Shown here piece by piece: positions 27,053 to 36,126 of a DNA stretch of 50,061 bases. The notes under the pieces are model-generated. The model had not been told where the DNA came from. It worked only from the letters and a program-made list of their open reading frames with translations, and did not search any database. The DNA comes from Actinomycetota bacterium (lineage in GTDB: Bacteria > Actinomycetota > Acidimicrobiia > Acidimicrobiales > JACCXE01). The translations under genes and the position numbers were made by a program. The stretch is taken from positions 1-50,061 of the forward strand of contig JBEEFT010000203.1 of assembly GCA_041166225.1 (NCBI GenBank). The letters are read 5' to 3'. Numbering within the stretch: position 1 is the stretch's first letter; every line of letters begins with the position of its first letter.

Positions 27053-27960
27053 GCCGCCGCGAAGTTGCGCTCGGCCAGGCGCTGGGCGACCTTGCCGATA
27101 CGAGCGATGCGATCGACGAGCGCCTCACGCGCCACCTCGGCTTCGGGCGTGAGCCCTTCGAGTGACTCGACGGCCCAGTCGCGCATTACTACGGGCAGCA
27201 GGATCTGCTCGTGGTGAATGGGCAGGTCGTAGATGCCGGCTTTGGCGATGGCCTTGGCCCGCTCGCCGAAGTTCGGGATGCCGGTGCCGGGCATTTCGAA
27301 GTTGCGCACCTGCGCTTCGATCGCGATCACTAACGCTGAGGGATCGACCTTGATCGCAGCGCTCACCAAGTCTCGGTAGAACAGGAAGTGGAAGTTCTCG
27401 TCGGCCGCGACGCGCTTCATGATCTTGTAGCCAAACCCGTCGTCGGCCAGCAGCTTGCCGGTGTTGAAGTGCGCGATGCGCGTGGCCAGTTCCTGCAACG
27501 CCACATACGCCATGCCCTCAGCCGCGCTCGGAGGCTCGGGCACGATGCCGGCGCCGACCTGGGCCATGCGGTCGCGCTCGAGCTCGACGGGATCGACGGC
27601 GCGGGTGACCGTGAGGTAGTCGCGAATCACGATCGAGTGGCGGCCCTCTTCGGCCGTCCACCGGTTCGCCCACGCGCCCCAGACGCTGTTGTCGCCGAAC
27701 ATCCGCTCGATGGTGCGGAAGTAATACGGCAGGTTGTCTTCGGTGAGGAGATTGACCACCAACGCGGCGCGCACCGCGGGCGGGATCTTCTCGTCGTCGG
27801 CCTCCCACGTTTCGCCCTCGACGAAGTCACGGCCCTGGCTCCACGGCACGAACTCGTGCGGGAACCACTCCTTGCTCGCCGACAGGTGGCGCTCCATCAG
27901 TCGTTCGGCGTCGGGCGTCAACGCCTCCAAAAGCCCGCTGTCTTCGGCTCGTACTGGCAT
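27049..27960 (-). CDS. acyl-ACP desaturase (soluble di-iron, DesA1/DesA2-like)
   Basis: Motifs W.AEE.RH (WTAEEGRHS) and DENFH, and an N-terminus EWFPHEFVPW typical of PF03405-type desaturases. Confidence 0.9.
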   Translation of the reverse strand: MPVRAEDSGLLEALTPDAERLMERHLSASKEWFPHEFVPWSQGRDFVEGETWEADDEKIPPAVRAALVVNLLTEDNLPYYFRTIERMFGDNSVWGAWANRWTAEEGRHSIVIRDYLTVTRAVDPVELERDRMAQVGAGIVPEPPSAAEGMAYVALQELATRIAHFNTGKLLADDGFGYKIMKRVAADENFHFLFYRDLVSAAIKVDPSALVIAIEAQVRNFEMPGTGIPNFGERAKAIAKAGIYDLPIHHEQILLPVVMRDWAVESLEGLTPEAEVAREALVDRIARIGKVAQRLAERNFAAA

Positions 27961-27969
27961 CGCATGAGT

Positions 27970-27987
27970 CTACCTACCAGTAGGTAG
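27970..27987. promoter_or_regulatory. perfect 18-bp palindrome CTACCTAC-CA-GTAGGTAG (candidate operator)
   Basis: Read directly. It starts 10 nt upstream of the desaturase ATG (27960) and lies about 37 nt upstream of the divergent operon start. Confidence 0.55.
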
Positions 27988-28023
27988 GGAGCCAAGGCGG
28001 CCTGGTTGTGCGAGTTTTAGGCC

Positions 28024-28608
28024 GTGGAAATGGCGTCGTACCAGGACTTTGGCGCGGCATTTATCGATGTCGCCATCACTCCGGCCCGCCTCGAGGAGGC
28101 GGTAGCCGCAATCGCGGGACCGAGCGTCGAAGTCGGTCCGATGGGCGTTGGCCCCGGCGACGCCGCGTCGGTAGTCGCCCACGGCACGATTGGTGCGCCG
28201 ACCGCGAAGACCTCGGCCTCCGACCCCGACGGCACCCGTCGCTTCGTGGTGGCGATCCCGGTCGAACTCAAACTCACGGTGAGAGTCGCGGGCACGACGC
28301 ATCGCTTCGGCGCGTCGGTCGTGGCCCGGCTCCATCTCGCTGTGCGCACGGCCGTGATTCCGCTCGCGCTCGTGATCGACATCGCGCCACCGCAAGTGTT
28401 CGACCTCGAAGTCGAGGTGCGCGCGTCGGGGGTCGCGGCCAAGGTGCTCGGGCGCCTCGGCAACGTCGACAACAAGATCCGCAAGGAAGTGGTCAATTTC
28501 ATCGCCGGGCGCCTCGAGAGCGACGCGGCGCGTGCCGCCACTGTCATCGACATCAGTCGCCAGATCGACAGCGTGTGGCACCAAGCCGTGTCGTTGCCGG
28601 AGCGCTAG
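28024..28608 (+). CDS. hypothetical protein (no recognisable motif)
   Basis: 194 aa with balanced composition, unlike the Arg-rich shadow ORFs on the other strand. Its stop is immediately followed by the ATG of the ABC gene (TAGATG). The start is the GTG at 28024 or the ATG at 28030. Confidence 0.65.
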   Translation: MEMASYQDFGAAFIDVAITPARLEEAVAAIAGPSVEVGPMGVGPGDAASVVAHGTIGAPTAKTSASDPDGTRRFVVAIPVELKLTVRVAGTTHRFGASVVARLHLAVRTAVIPLALVIDIAPPQVFDLEVEVRASGVAAKVLGRLGNVDNKIRKEVVNFIAGRLESDAARAATVIDISRQIDSVWHQAVSLPER

Positions 28609-30390
28609 ATGACCGAAAAACGGTCACCGCTGCGCCAGCTGTGGGACAACTCCGGCCCCCACCGCCGCCGGATGCGCATGGCGGCGGCGTTCTCGGTGCT
28701 CAACAAGATCTTTGACATCCTCCCCGAGTTATTGATCGGTGTCGCCGTCGACGTGGTCGCCAACAAGCATCGGCCGCTGATCGGTCGGATCTTCCACATC
28801 GACAGCCGCGTCGACCAGATCACGGTCCTCGCGATCGTCACCGTGGTCATCTGGGTGTGCGAGTCGCTCACGGATTACGCCGCGCACATCCTGTGGCGAA
28901 ACCTCGCGCAGTCCATCGAGCACGACATGCGCATGCGCGCCTATCGGCACGTGCAGGAACTCGAGATGGCGTACTTCGAAGATCGCTCATCGGGCGGGCT
29001 GATGGCGGTGCTCAACGACGACGTAAACCAGCTCGAGCGGTTCCTCGACGTCGGAGCCCACGACCTGATCCTCACCGCCGCCAACGTGGTGTTGGTCGGC
29101 GCGGTGTTCGCAGTGATCTCACCCGTGTTGACGCTGTTCGCGTTCCTGCCCATCCCCGTCATCGTGATCGGCTCGCTGCGCTTCCAGAAACGCCTCGAGC
29201 CGCGCTACGACGCGGTACGCGCCGCGGCCGGTCGCATCGCCGACACACTCACGAACAACCTCGGTGGCATCGCCACGATCAAGGCGTTCACGGCCGAGGA
29301 ACGTGAGGTCGACCGGGTGGCCGATGACAGCCTGGCCTACGCGGCGGCCAACGCTGAAGCGATCCGTTACTCAAGTGCGTTCGTGCCGTTGATCCGCATG
29401 GCGATCCTCGCCGGCTTCACGATGACCTTGGTGGTGGGCGGCCGCGCCGCGCTGCGGGGGACGCTCGCGATCGGCTCGTTCTCGGTGCTCGTGTACATGA
29501 CCCAACGTTTGCTTTGGCCCCTCACCCGGCTCGGCGAAACGCTCGACTTGTACCAACGCGCGATGGCATCGTGCCGGCGAATCTTCTCGTTGCTCGACGT
29601 GCAACCCTCGATCAGCCCGGGGACGCGTGAGTTGCCGTCGCCCGTGCGCGGCGCCGTGCGGTTCGACGGCGTGCGCTTCGCATACGGCGAGGGCGCCGAC
29701 GTGTTGCACAACCTCGACCTCGACATCGGGCCCGGTGAGACGCACGCGATCGTCGGCGCCACTGGCTCGGGAAAATCGACTGTGGTGAAGCTGTTGTTGC
29801 GTTTGTACGAAGCGAACAGCGGCACGATCTCGGTCGACGGAGTGCCGATCGACGAATTGAGTTTCGGCGGCCTACGCGGGGCGATGGGCTTCGTGAGCCA
29901 AGAGGTGTTCCTGTTCCAAGGCACCGTGCGCGAGAACCTCACCTACGGACGCCCGGCCGCGACCGACGAAGACGTGGTGCGCGCCGCCACCCTGGCCGAG
30001 GCACACACGTTCATCCACGCGTTGCCCGACGGCTACGACACGATCGTCGGCGAGCGGGGTCAGAAACTCAGCGGCGGCCAACGCCAACGGCTCACGATCG
30101 CGCGGGCGATCCTGCGCGACCCCGCGATCCTCGTACTCGACGAAGCCACGTCGGCGGTCGACAACGAAACCGAGGCGGCCATCCAACGCTCGCTAGCCCG
30201 CGTGTCGCAAGGGCGTACGACGATCGTGATCGCGCACCGCCTGTCGACGGTTCGCCACGCGCACCGCATCCATGTGTTGGAAGCAGGACGCGTCATCGAG
30301 GCGGGTACCCACGAGGAATTGGTCGAAGCGGGCGGGTTGTACGCCGCGCTCTGGCGCGTGCAAACCGGCGACGCGGGTTTGGCGGACTGA
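28609..30390 (+). CDS. ABC transporter, fused permease/ATP-binding exporter (MsbA/MdlB type)
   Basis: Six-TM N-terminal half, Walker A GATGSGKST, signature LSGGQRQR and Walker B ILVLDEATS. Confidence 0.93.
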   Translation: MTEKRSPLRQLWDNSGPHRRRMRMAAAFSVLNKIFDILPELLIGVAVDVVANKHRPLIGRIFHIDSRVDQITVLAIVTVVIWVCESLTDYAAHILWRNLAQSIEHDMRMRAYRHVQELEMAYFEDRSSGGLMAVLNDDVNQLERFLDVGAHDLILTAANVVLVGAVFAVISPVLTLFAFLPIPVIVIGSLRFQKRLEPRYDAVRAAAGRIADTLTNNLGGIATIKAFTAEEREVDRVADDSLAYAAANAEAIRYSSAFVPLIRMAILAGFTMTLVVGGRAALRGTLAIGSFSVLVYMTQRLLWPLTRLGETLDLYQRAMASCRRIFSLLDVQPSISPGTRELPSPVRGAVRFDGVRFAYGEGADVLHNLDLDIGPGETHAIVGATGSGKSTVVKLLLRLYEANSGTISVDGVPIDELSFGGLRGAMGFVSQEVFLFQGTVRENLTYGRPAATDEDVVRAATLAEAHTFIHALPDGYDTIVGERGQKLSGGQRQRLTIARAILRDPAILVLDEATSAVDNETEAAIQRSLARVSQGRTTIVIAHRLSTVRHAHRIHVLEAGRVIEAGTHEELVEAGGLYAALWRVQTGDAGLAD

Positions 30391-30409
30391 CCGGCCGTAT
30401 GGTGGCGAC

Positions 30410-31546
30410 ATGTACGACGCGATCATTGTTGGTGCCCGTTGTGCCGGATCACCCACCGCCATGTTGCTCGCGCGCAACGGCAAGCGCGTGCTCGTGGTCG
30501 AGCGGGGCACGTTTCCGAGCGACACGTTCTCGACCCATTTCGTGACGGCCCCGGGGACCGCCCTCTTGGAGCGGTGGGGCGCGGTCGAGCTGTTGAAGGA
30601 GCGGGGCGTGCCGTTCTTCGACCACATCGTGCTCAACGTCGCGGGAAACCCCATGAACACGCGCGACGTGTTCGGGCCGCGGCTGGTGTGCTCGCCGCGT
30701 CGAACCGATCTCGACCTCGTGCTGCGGGACATGGCGCTGGCCGCTGGTGCCGAGGTCCGGATGGAAACCAGCGTTGCCGACTTGTTGCGCGACGGCGCCG
30801 GCCGCGTTAGCGGCGTGCGGCTGCGCGACGCGAACGGCAATCACACCGAGGAGTTCGCACCCGTGGTTGTCGGCGCCGACGGGCGCACGGGCGTCGTCGG
30901 GCGCAGTGTGGCGCCTTCGGCGCGCGACGAGCACGAGATTCACGGCCGCGGCCTGTTCGCCTACTTCGACGAATTCGAGTACCAGAGCGAAGCGGCGGGC
31001 TTCTTCGACGCCGCGTTCGTGTTTGCGTTCCCGACCGGGCCGAAGTCGGCGTGCATCGGCACAGAGGTCGGACCCGAGGTCGACGGCGCAGTGCGCGCCG
31101 ACCCCGAAGCGGTCTTCCTCGAACGGATCGCGTTCGACGACGACTTGTTGCGGCGGGTGAAAGCAGCTACCCGCGACGGGCGCTGGCACACCGGTGAGGT
31201 CGGCGAAGGTTTCTTCCGGCACGCGGCCGGTCCGGGATGGGCGCTAGTAGGCGACGCCGCACTCACGAAGGATCCGTTGCTCGGCCACGGCATCACCGAC
31301 TCGTTCCTGTCGGCCGAGTTGCTCGCGCAAGCGATCCAGAAGGGCGCCGACGGCGACATGGACGCGGCGCTCGCAGAGTACGACGAGGCGCTCTGGCGTT
31401 TCCTGGGTCCGATCTACGAGGCCAGCCGCGATGCGGCGCTGGACTTCGCCAAGCCGGGCGACGAGATGTTCGCCGCGGTGATGCCCGCGCAGATGCTGAT
31501 CGCGGAAGAGGCGGAAATGGTCCTCTCCGGCGGGCCCACACTCTGA
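30410..31546 (+). CDS. FAD-dependent oxidoreductase (group A flavin monooxygenase / geranylgeranyl-reductase-like)
   Basis: MYDAIIVGARCAGSPTAMLLA is a GxGxxG dinucleotide fold. GDAALTKDPLLGHGI is the GD motif. Start moved to the ATG at 30410. Confidence 0.88.
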   Translation: MYDAIIVGARCAGSPTAMLLARNGKRVLVVERGTFPSDTFSTHFVTAPGTALLERWGAVELLKERGVPFFDHIVLNVAGNPMNTRDVFGPRLVCSPRRTDLDLVLRDMALAAGAEVRMETSVADLLRDGAGRVSGVRLRDANGNHTEEFAPVVVGADGRTGVVGRSVAPSARDEHEIHGRGLFAYFDEFEYQSEAAGFFDAAFVFAFPTGPKSACIGTEVGPEVDGAVRADPEAVFLERIAFDDDLLRRVKAATRDGRWHTGEVGEGFFRHAAGPGWALVGDAALTKDPLLGHGITDSFLSAELLAQAIQKGADGDMDAALAEYDEALWRFLGPIYEASRDAALDFAKPGDEMFAAVMPAQMLIAEEAEMVLSGGPTL

Positions 31547-31569
31547 GCGCGGTGCTACCCGACGCGGTG

Positions 31570-31968
31570 ATGACGGCGGTCGAACTCGACGACTTCGTCT
31601 CGGCCGCATTCTTCAATCAGCGCCTGTACCGCGTGGAGCAGGTGACCGACCGCGGCGTCGTGATGCGCATTCCGATCGGCCCCGAACATGAACGGCCCGG
31701 AGGTTCGGTGTCGGGCCCGACGATGATGGGTCTCGCCGACGCCGCCGCGTGGCTGGCGACGCTTTCTCGCATCGGCCCGGTCGCGCTCGCGGTGACGTCG
31801 AACCTGACGATCTCGTTCTTGCGGAAGCCGTCGCTCAACCACGATCTGTTCGCAGAAGCCGACCTGCTCAAACTCGGGAAGCGGCTCAGCGTTGCCGAGG
31901 TGCGCGTGATCTCAAACGACGACCTCGTGGCGCACGCCACGGTCACGTATTCGATACCGACCGACTAA
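31570..31968 (+). CDS. PaaI family (hotdog-fold) thioesterase
   Basis: GGSVSGPTMMGLADAA...AVTSNLTISFLRK is a PaaI/4HBT pattern. The start is the ATG at 31570 or the in-frame GTG at 31552. Confidence 0.82.
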   Translation: MTAVELDDFVSAAFFNQRLYRVEQVTDRGVVMRIPIGPEHERPGGSVSGPTMMGLADAAAWLATLSRIGPVALAVTSNLTISFLRKPSLNHDLFAEADLLKLGKRLSVAEVRVISNDDLVAHATVTYSIPTD

Positions 31969-32744
31969 CGGGTCGATCGGTACCAGCGGCGCCACGTCGC
32001 GGCGAAGTCGCGTTGGTATGCGTCGTAGGCGCGGCGCAGTTTGGTTGCCGGCCAGTCGCGTGGCAGGAGCGACGGGGGCAGCAGTGGATCGAGTGTGAGG
32101 TGACGCGTGGTCGCCGCTGCGATCACGAACGTGTCGCCCAGGGCGTCGGCATCGCGGTCGCGCAACCGCTGACGCGTGGCGGCCAGGGCGCCGAGCAACT
32201 CGTGCGCAGCGGCGGCCCAGGCATCGAGGCCGAACAACGACGACGCGTCAGGCACCTCGTCGGGCGCGGCCGTAAACCACGAGCACTGCCCGTTGGCAAC
32301 ACGGCGCGCCGTGGAATCGTCGAGGGGCAGATTGTCGGGACGGGTCCACACGCCCTCGCGCATCTCGGCCATCCGTAGCCGCGTCATCGCGTCTCGCAAT
32401 GCAGCACGATCAGCCGCGGCGCGCGCCGGGGTAGTGACGATCGCCATGCGCCACGCGCCGTTCCAGCGCGTGGTCTCGGGGTGCCGGCCCTGCGCTTGAC
32501 GGGCGTGGCGTTCGAGGAGCGGTCCGGCTAGCGCGTAACCGGCGTCGTCGGCCGAGAGTTCGCCGGCCTCGACCATGCGGGACAGCGCGACGCGCGTGGT
32601 GCCGGGCGCCACGCCGAACTTCTCGCCCGACGCGACGAGCGCACCCGACGGCAACCGAGGCGGGTCGACGCCGAGCAGCGTCGACGCAATCACCGAACGA
32701 GCCGTGAGCGGACGCAGCAGCGGCGTATTACTTACTTGCGACAT
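31965..32744 (-). CDS. PaaX family transcriptional regulator
   Basis: N-terminal wHTH (RSVIASTLLG...G..PGTTRVALSRMVEAGEL) and a PaaX-like C-terminal domain. 259 aa. Confidence 0.8.
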   Translation of the reverse strand: MSQVSNTPLLRPLTARSVIASTLLGVDPPRLPSGALVASGEKFGVAPGTTRVALSRMVEAGELSADDAGYALAGPLLERHARQAQGRHPETTRWNGAWRMAIVTTPARAAADRAALRDAMTRLRMAEMREGVWTRPDNLPLDDSTARRVANGQCSWFTAAPDEVPDASSLFGLDAWAAAAHELLGALAATRQRLRDRDADALGDTFVIAAATTRHLTLDPLLPPSLLPRDWPATKLRRAYDAYQRDFAATWRRWYRSTR

Positions 32745-32773
32745 CTGTGGCGAAAGCGTAACATCGTCGGTGA

Positions 32774-33751
32774 ATGGCTACCACGATGCTGCCGCCGGCC
32801 GACCTGCTACCCGAGGTGCTGCCTACCGATCGCCTCACGAAGACGGGCAAGGCCGTGCCCGAGGTACGTGAACAGCTTCGGCGCATCCCGAACGCGCGCA
32901 ACGCGATCTCGGTGATCGGATGCTGGGCGCAGATCATCGGAGTCGACTATCTGGCCGTGCGCCTCAATCACCCCATCGTCTGGGTGATCGCGTTCCTGCT
33001 CGCAGGCCGCCAGTTCGCGCTGCTGAACATTCTCGGGCACGAAGCCGCGCACCGGTTGTTGTTCTCACGCAAGAGCGTGAACGACCGCGTCGGGCGCTGG
33101 ATCGTCGCCTACCCAGGGTTCGTCCCGATCGACCAGTACCGCCGGGGACACATGGCTCACCACCGCGACGAAATGGGTCCTGAAGAGCCCGACTACATGC
33201 TCTACAAGAATTACCCGACCACGCCCGCGTCGCTGCGCCGCAAGCTCACGCGCGATGCGCTGGGCAACTCGGGGTGGAAGAACCTCAAGGGTCTGCTGCG
33301 CGGCGCCCGGAAGGCGAAAGTCGCACGCATCATCATCGCCACCCAGCTCGTGATCGCGGGCGTGTTCGCCCTGCTCGGTCATCCCTGGCTGTACCTGTTC
33401 TTGTGGTTCGCGCCGTGGATGACGGTGTGGCGCGTGCTCAACCGGCTGCGAGCGATCGCCGAGCACGGCGGCATGACGCGATCGTCCGACCGGCGCCTCA
33501 CCACCCACCACGTCCGCCAAGGCTTTTGGGCCCGGTTCTGGATCGCGCCGTACAACACCGGATGGCACCTTGCCCACCACGTCGACATCGGCGTCCCGTT
33601 CCGTCGTCTGCCGGCTTTCCACCAGGAATTGGTGGCGTCGGGGTGGGTGCCCGACGCCCTCGAATACCGCAGTTACTTGTCGTTGTGGCGGGCGCTGGGG
33701 TCGAAAGCCGACGCAGCGCGGGCCGACGACGCGGCCGCGCTGCACAACTGA
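32774..33751 (+). CDS. membrane fatty acid desaturase (three His-box di-iron family)
   Basis: His boxes HEAAHR, HMAHHR and HLAHHVD, with hydrophobic helices between boxes. Confidence 0.88.
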   Translation: MATTMLPPADLLPEVLPTDRLTKTGKAVPEVREQLRRIPNARNAISVIGCWAQIIGVDYLAVRLNHPIVWVIAFLLAGRQFALLNILGHEAAHRLLFSRKSVNDRVGRWIVAYPGFVPIDQYRRGHMAHHRDEMGPEEPDYMLYKNYPTTPASLRRKLTRDALGNSGWKNLKGLLRGARKAKVARIIIATQLVIAGVFALLGHPWLYLFLWFAPWMTVWRVLNRLRAIAEHGGMTRSSDRRLTTHHVRQGFWARFWIAPYNTGWHLAHHVDIGVPFRRLPAFHQELVASGWVPDALEYRSYLSLWRALGSKADAARADDAAALHN

Positions 33752-33794
33752 CACAGGCGGCCGCTGTCACAGCGCGCCGGTAGCCTCGCCGTCG

Positions 33795-35003
33795 ATGACG
33801 TTGTTCGACGCGATACCCGAGGCCAACGAGCCGCGCCGCGTGTCGCTCGTGCGTCTCGCCGGCGAGATCACTCGCAACCTCACGCCCGTCGGGCGCATCG
33901 CGGTCGACGGCGAGGTCCACTCGGCCAAGGCGTACAACACCCGTCGTTATTTCACCCTGCGCGATCGCAACGCGCGCATCAGCGTCACGGTCGCCGCGAA
34001 AAACGTGCGGCACTGCACGTGTGAGGACGGCGAGGCCGTGCGGGTCACCGGGGTGCTGGTGTGGGAAACCCAACGAGGGGAGTTGCGGTTCGACGCGCAA
34101 TCGGTCGAGCCGCGCGGTGAGGGCGCGGTGGCCGCGGTGGTCAACGCCGCGCGCGACCGGTTGCAGGCCGAAGGCGTGTTGGATCGTGTCCGCCGCCCGC
34201 TGCCGCTGTTGCCGCGCGTCGTCGGCGTGATCTGCGGGCAAGAGGCTGCCGTGCGTAAAGACATCGAGTCGGTGATCGCAGCGCGCTTTCCGGGGTACCC
34301 GGTCACGTTCCGCACGTCACCGGTGTCGGGTCCGAGCGCGGCCACCGCGTTGGTCGACGCCGTGGTTGACCTCGACGGGCGTGACGACGTCGACGTGATC
34401 ATCCTGGCCCGCGGCGGGGGAGATGCCACCGAACTGCTGCCCTTCTCCGACGAAGACCTCTGCCGCGCGGTGGCGTCGTGCCACACACCGACCGTGTCGG
34501 CCATCGGCCACGACGGCGACCGGCCTCTGCTCGACGAAGTGGCCGACCATCGCTGCGGCACGCCCTCGATCGCCGCCGCTCTGGTGATCCCGAGCGAGGC
34601 CGACCTGCGCAACGAACTCGACTACTGGCTCGAACGCACACGCGCCACCGCGTACGAACGCATCGAGCGAGCGGACCGCGCCCTCGATGTCAGCACGCCG
34701 GCACGAGCGCTGCAGCGCGGCATCGCTACGGCGACTCAGCGCTTCGAACGCGCCGCGGCCCGCCTTACGCACGCGAACCCCGCCGCGCGCGTCGGCCAGC
34801 AGGCCGCCCGTCTCGCCGGCTACCGCACCACGCTCGACGCTCTCGACCCCTCGCGCGTGCTCGAGCGCGGTTACGCCGTGGTGCGCACGCCCAGCGGCGC
34901 CGTGGTCCGCGACGCGAGCCAACTTGGTCCGGGCGACGCTGTGAGGGTTACGGTCGCACGAGGCGCGTTCGGCGCCGACGTAACCGAACTGGAGCCGCGA
35001 TGA
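33795..35003 (+). CDS. xseA: exodeoxyribonuclease VII large subunit
   Basis: OB-fold N-terminus (V.GEV......SGH.YF.L.D..A.I) and GRGGGS-like ARGGGD. Start moved to the ATG at 33795. Confidence 0.9.
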   Translation: MTLFDAIPEANEPRRVSLVRLAGEITRNLTPVGRIAVDGEVHSAKAYNTRRYFTLRDRNARISVTVAAKNVRHCTCEDGEAVRVTGVLVWETQRGELRFDAQSVEPRGEGAVAAVVNAARDRLQAEGVLDRVRRPLPLLPRVVGVICGQEAAVRKDIESVIAARFPGYPVTFRTSPVSGPSAATALVDAVVDLDGRDDVDVIILARGGGDATELLPFSDEDLCRAVASCHTPTVSAIGHDGDRPLLDEVADHRCGTPSIAAALVIPSEADLRNELDYWLERTRATAYERIERADRALDVSTPARALQRGIATATQRFERAAARLTHANPAARVGQQAARLAGYRTTLDALDPSRVLERGYAVVRTPSGAVVRDASQLGPGDAVRVTVARGAFGADVTELEPR

Positions 35004-35689
35004 CCGTCGTCTCAGTCCACTTGGCCGACGTGGGCTTTCCTGCCTCGCTCGGCATCATCCGCCACGTGCCGCGGGCCGGTGAGATCGGCGGGCTTCGCAA
35101 CGCGAACATCGGAATCGCGGCGCGGTTCACGGGTAGCGCCATGCCCAACCCGATCATCGGGCGAGTCGGCCTTATCGGCTTTTGGGACAACGAACTCGCT
35201 CTGAAGCAGTTCGAGACAAACCATCCGCTCGCCGGCAAGCTCGACGACGGTTGGCGGGTGCGGGCCCACCCACTGCGCATGCACGGCTCCTGGCCCGGGA
35301 TGCCCGCCGACGTGCCGAAGCAGCGCGCCGTCTCCCACGACGGCCCCGTCCTTGTTCTGACGCTCGCCCACACGAAGCTCACGCGCCTTCCCGCATTCCT
35401 CAAAACCAACACCCAGGCCGAGGCGGCTGTGGTCAAGGCACCGGGCAACATCTTCGCCATGGGCATCGCGCGGCCGCCGCGCGTCGAATCGGTTTCGCTG
35501 TGGGAGTCGACCGAGGCGTCGATCGACTACGCGTTCAGCGGGAGCCAACCGGGCCATCCCGAGGCGATGAAGGTCGACCAGGCCAAGCCGTTCCATCACG
35601 AGTCCGCGTTCATCCGCCTCGCGATCGACGAGGTCGCCGGCTCGCTCGGCGGCGGCACGCCGCTAGCCGCCGACGCGGTGCTGCTGTAG
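35000..35689 (+). CDS. hypothetical protein, possibly tandem dimeric alpha/beta-barrel (ABM/DUF3291-like)
   Basis: 229 aa. The ATG overlaps the xseA TGA (ATGA). Two halves each end in a W(D/E)...A...F motif. The family assignment is tentative. Confidence 0.65.
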   Translation: MTVVSVHLADVGFPASLGIIRHVPRAGEIGGLRNANIGIAARFTGSAMPNPIIGRVGLIGFWDNELALKQFETNHPLAGKLDDGWRVRAHPLRMHGSWPGMPADVPKQRAVSHDGPVLVLTLAHTKLTRLPAFLKTNTQAEAAVVKAPGNIFAMGIARPPRVESVSLWESTEASIDYAFSGSQPGHPEAMKVDQAKPFHHESAFIRLAIDEVAGSLGGGTPLAADAVLL

Positions 35690-35699
35690 CCGGATCACA

Positions 35700-36074
35700 T
35701 CAAGCGGTCTGACGACGGGCCGCTTTTGCGGCGACGGCGTCGAGGTGCTGCAACAGATTGTGCGCGGCGATCTCCACGCCCTTGTGACGCCACTCGCTGG
35801 CGCGGTACACGCACGCGATGAGCGCAGTGCGGTGCACGCGGCGGAAGTCACCGAACGTGAACGCGTAACGGGCCTTCGTCTCGTCGTTGGCATCCTTCGT
35901 CAATCCGATGTGCCACTCGGCGTAGTTCCTCCACCCGTGCGCTTCGATGTACGCGTTCTGGGTGTCGGCGTCGGGTTGCGAAAGTCCCCAGTCGCTGTCG
36001 AGAACGTACTGATGCGCATCGATGAGGTGTGTGGCCCGGGCGACCGCTCGCTTGTTGACGGTGTAATCAGCCAT
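35700..36074 (-). CDS. hypothetical protein
   Basis: 124 aa from the ATG at 36074 (MADYTVNKRAVARATHLIDAHQYV...). Normal composition and no motif recognised. Confidence 0.6.
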   Translation of the reverse strand: MADYTVNKRAVARATHLIDAHQYVLDSDWGLSQPDADTQNAYIEAHGWRNYAEWHIGLTKDANDETKARYAFTFGDFRRVHRTALIACVYRASEWRHKGVEIAAHNLLQHLDAVAAKAARRQTA

Positions 36075-36126
36075 GACATGGTCTGCCCAAAATCGGCCTG
36101 TCACACCCCACTCGTAGTGTGGCCGT

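Noticed and set aside
31237-31551. N-terminal extension of the thioesterase ORF over the FAD oxidoreductase gene
   Set aside because: It is an Arg-rich shadow of the oxidoreductase frame. The hotdog domain begins only after 31552/31570.
33755-33772. GC palindrome around GCGGCCGC after the membrane desaturase stop
   Set aside because: The self-complementary core leaves no viable hairpin loop, and the arms are interrupted. It is likely a chance palindrome in GC-rich DNA.
34478-34999. N-terminal extension of the 403-aa ORF overlapping xseA
   Set aside because: It lies out of frame over xseA and is Arg-rich. The ATG at 35000 forms an ATGA junction with the xseA stop.
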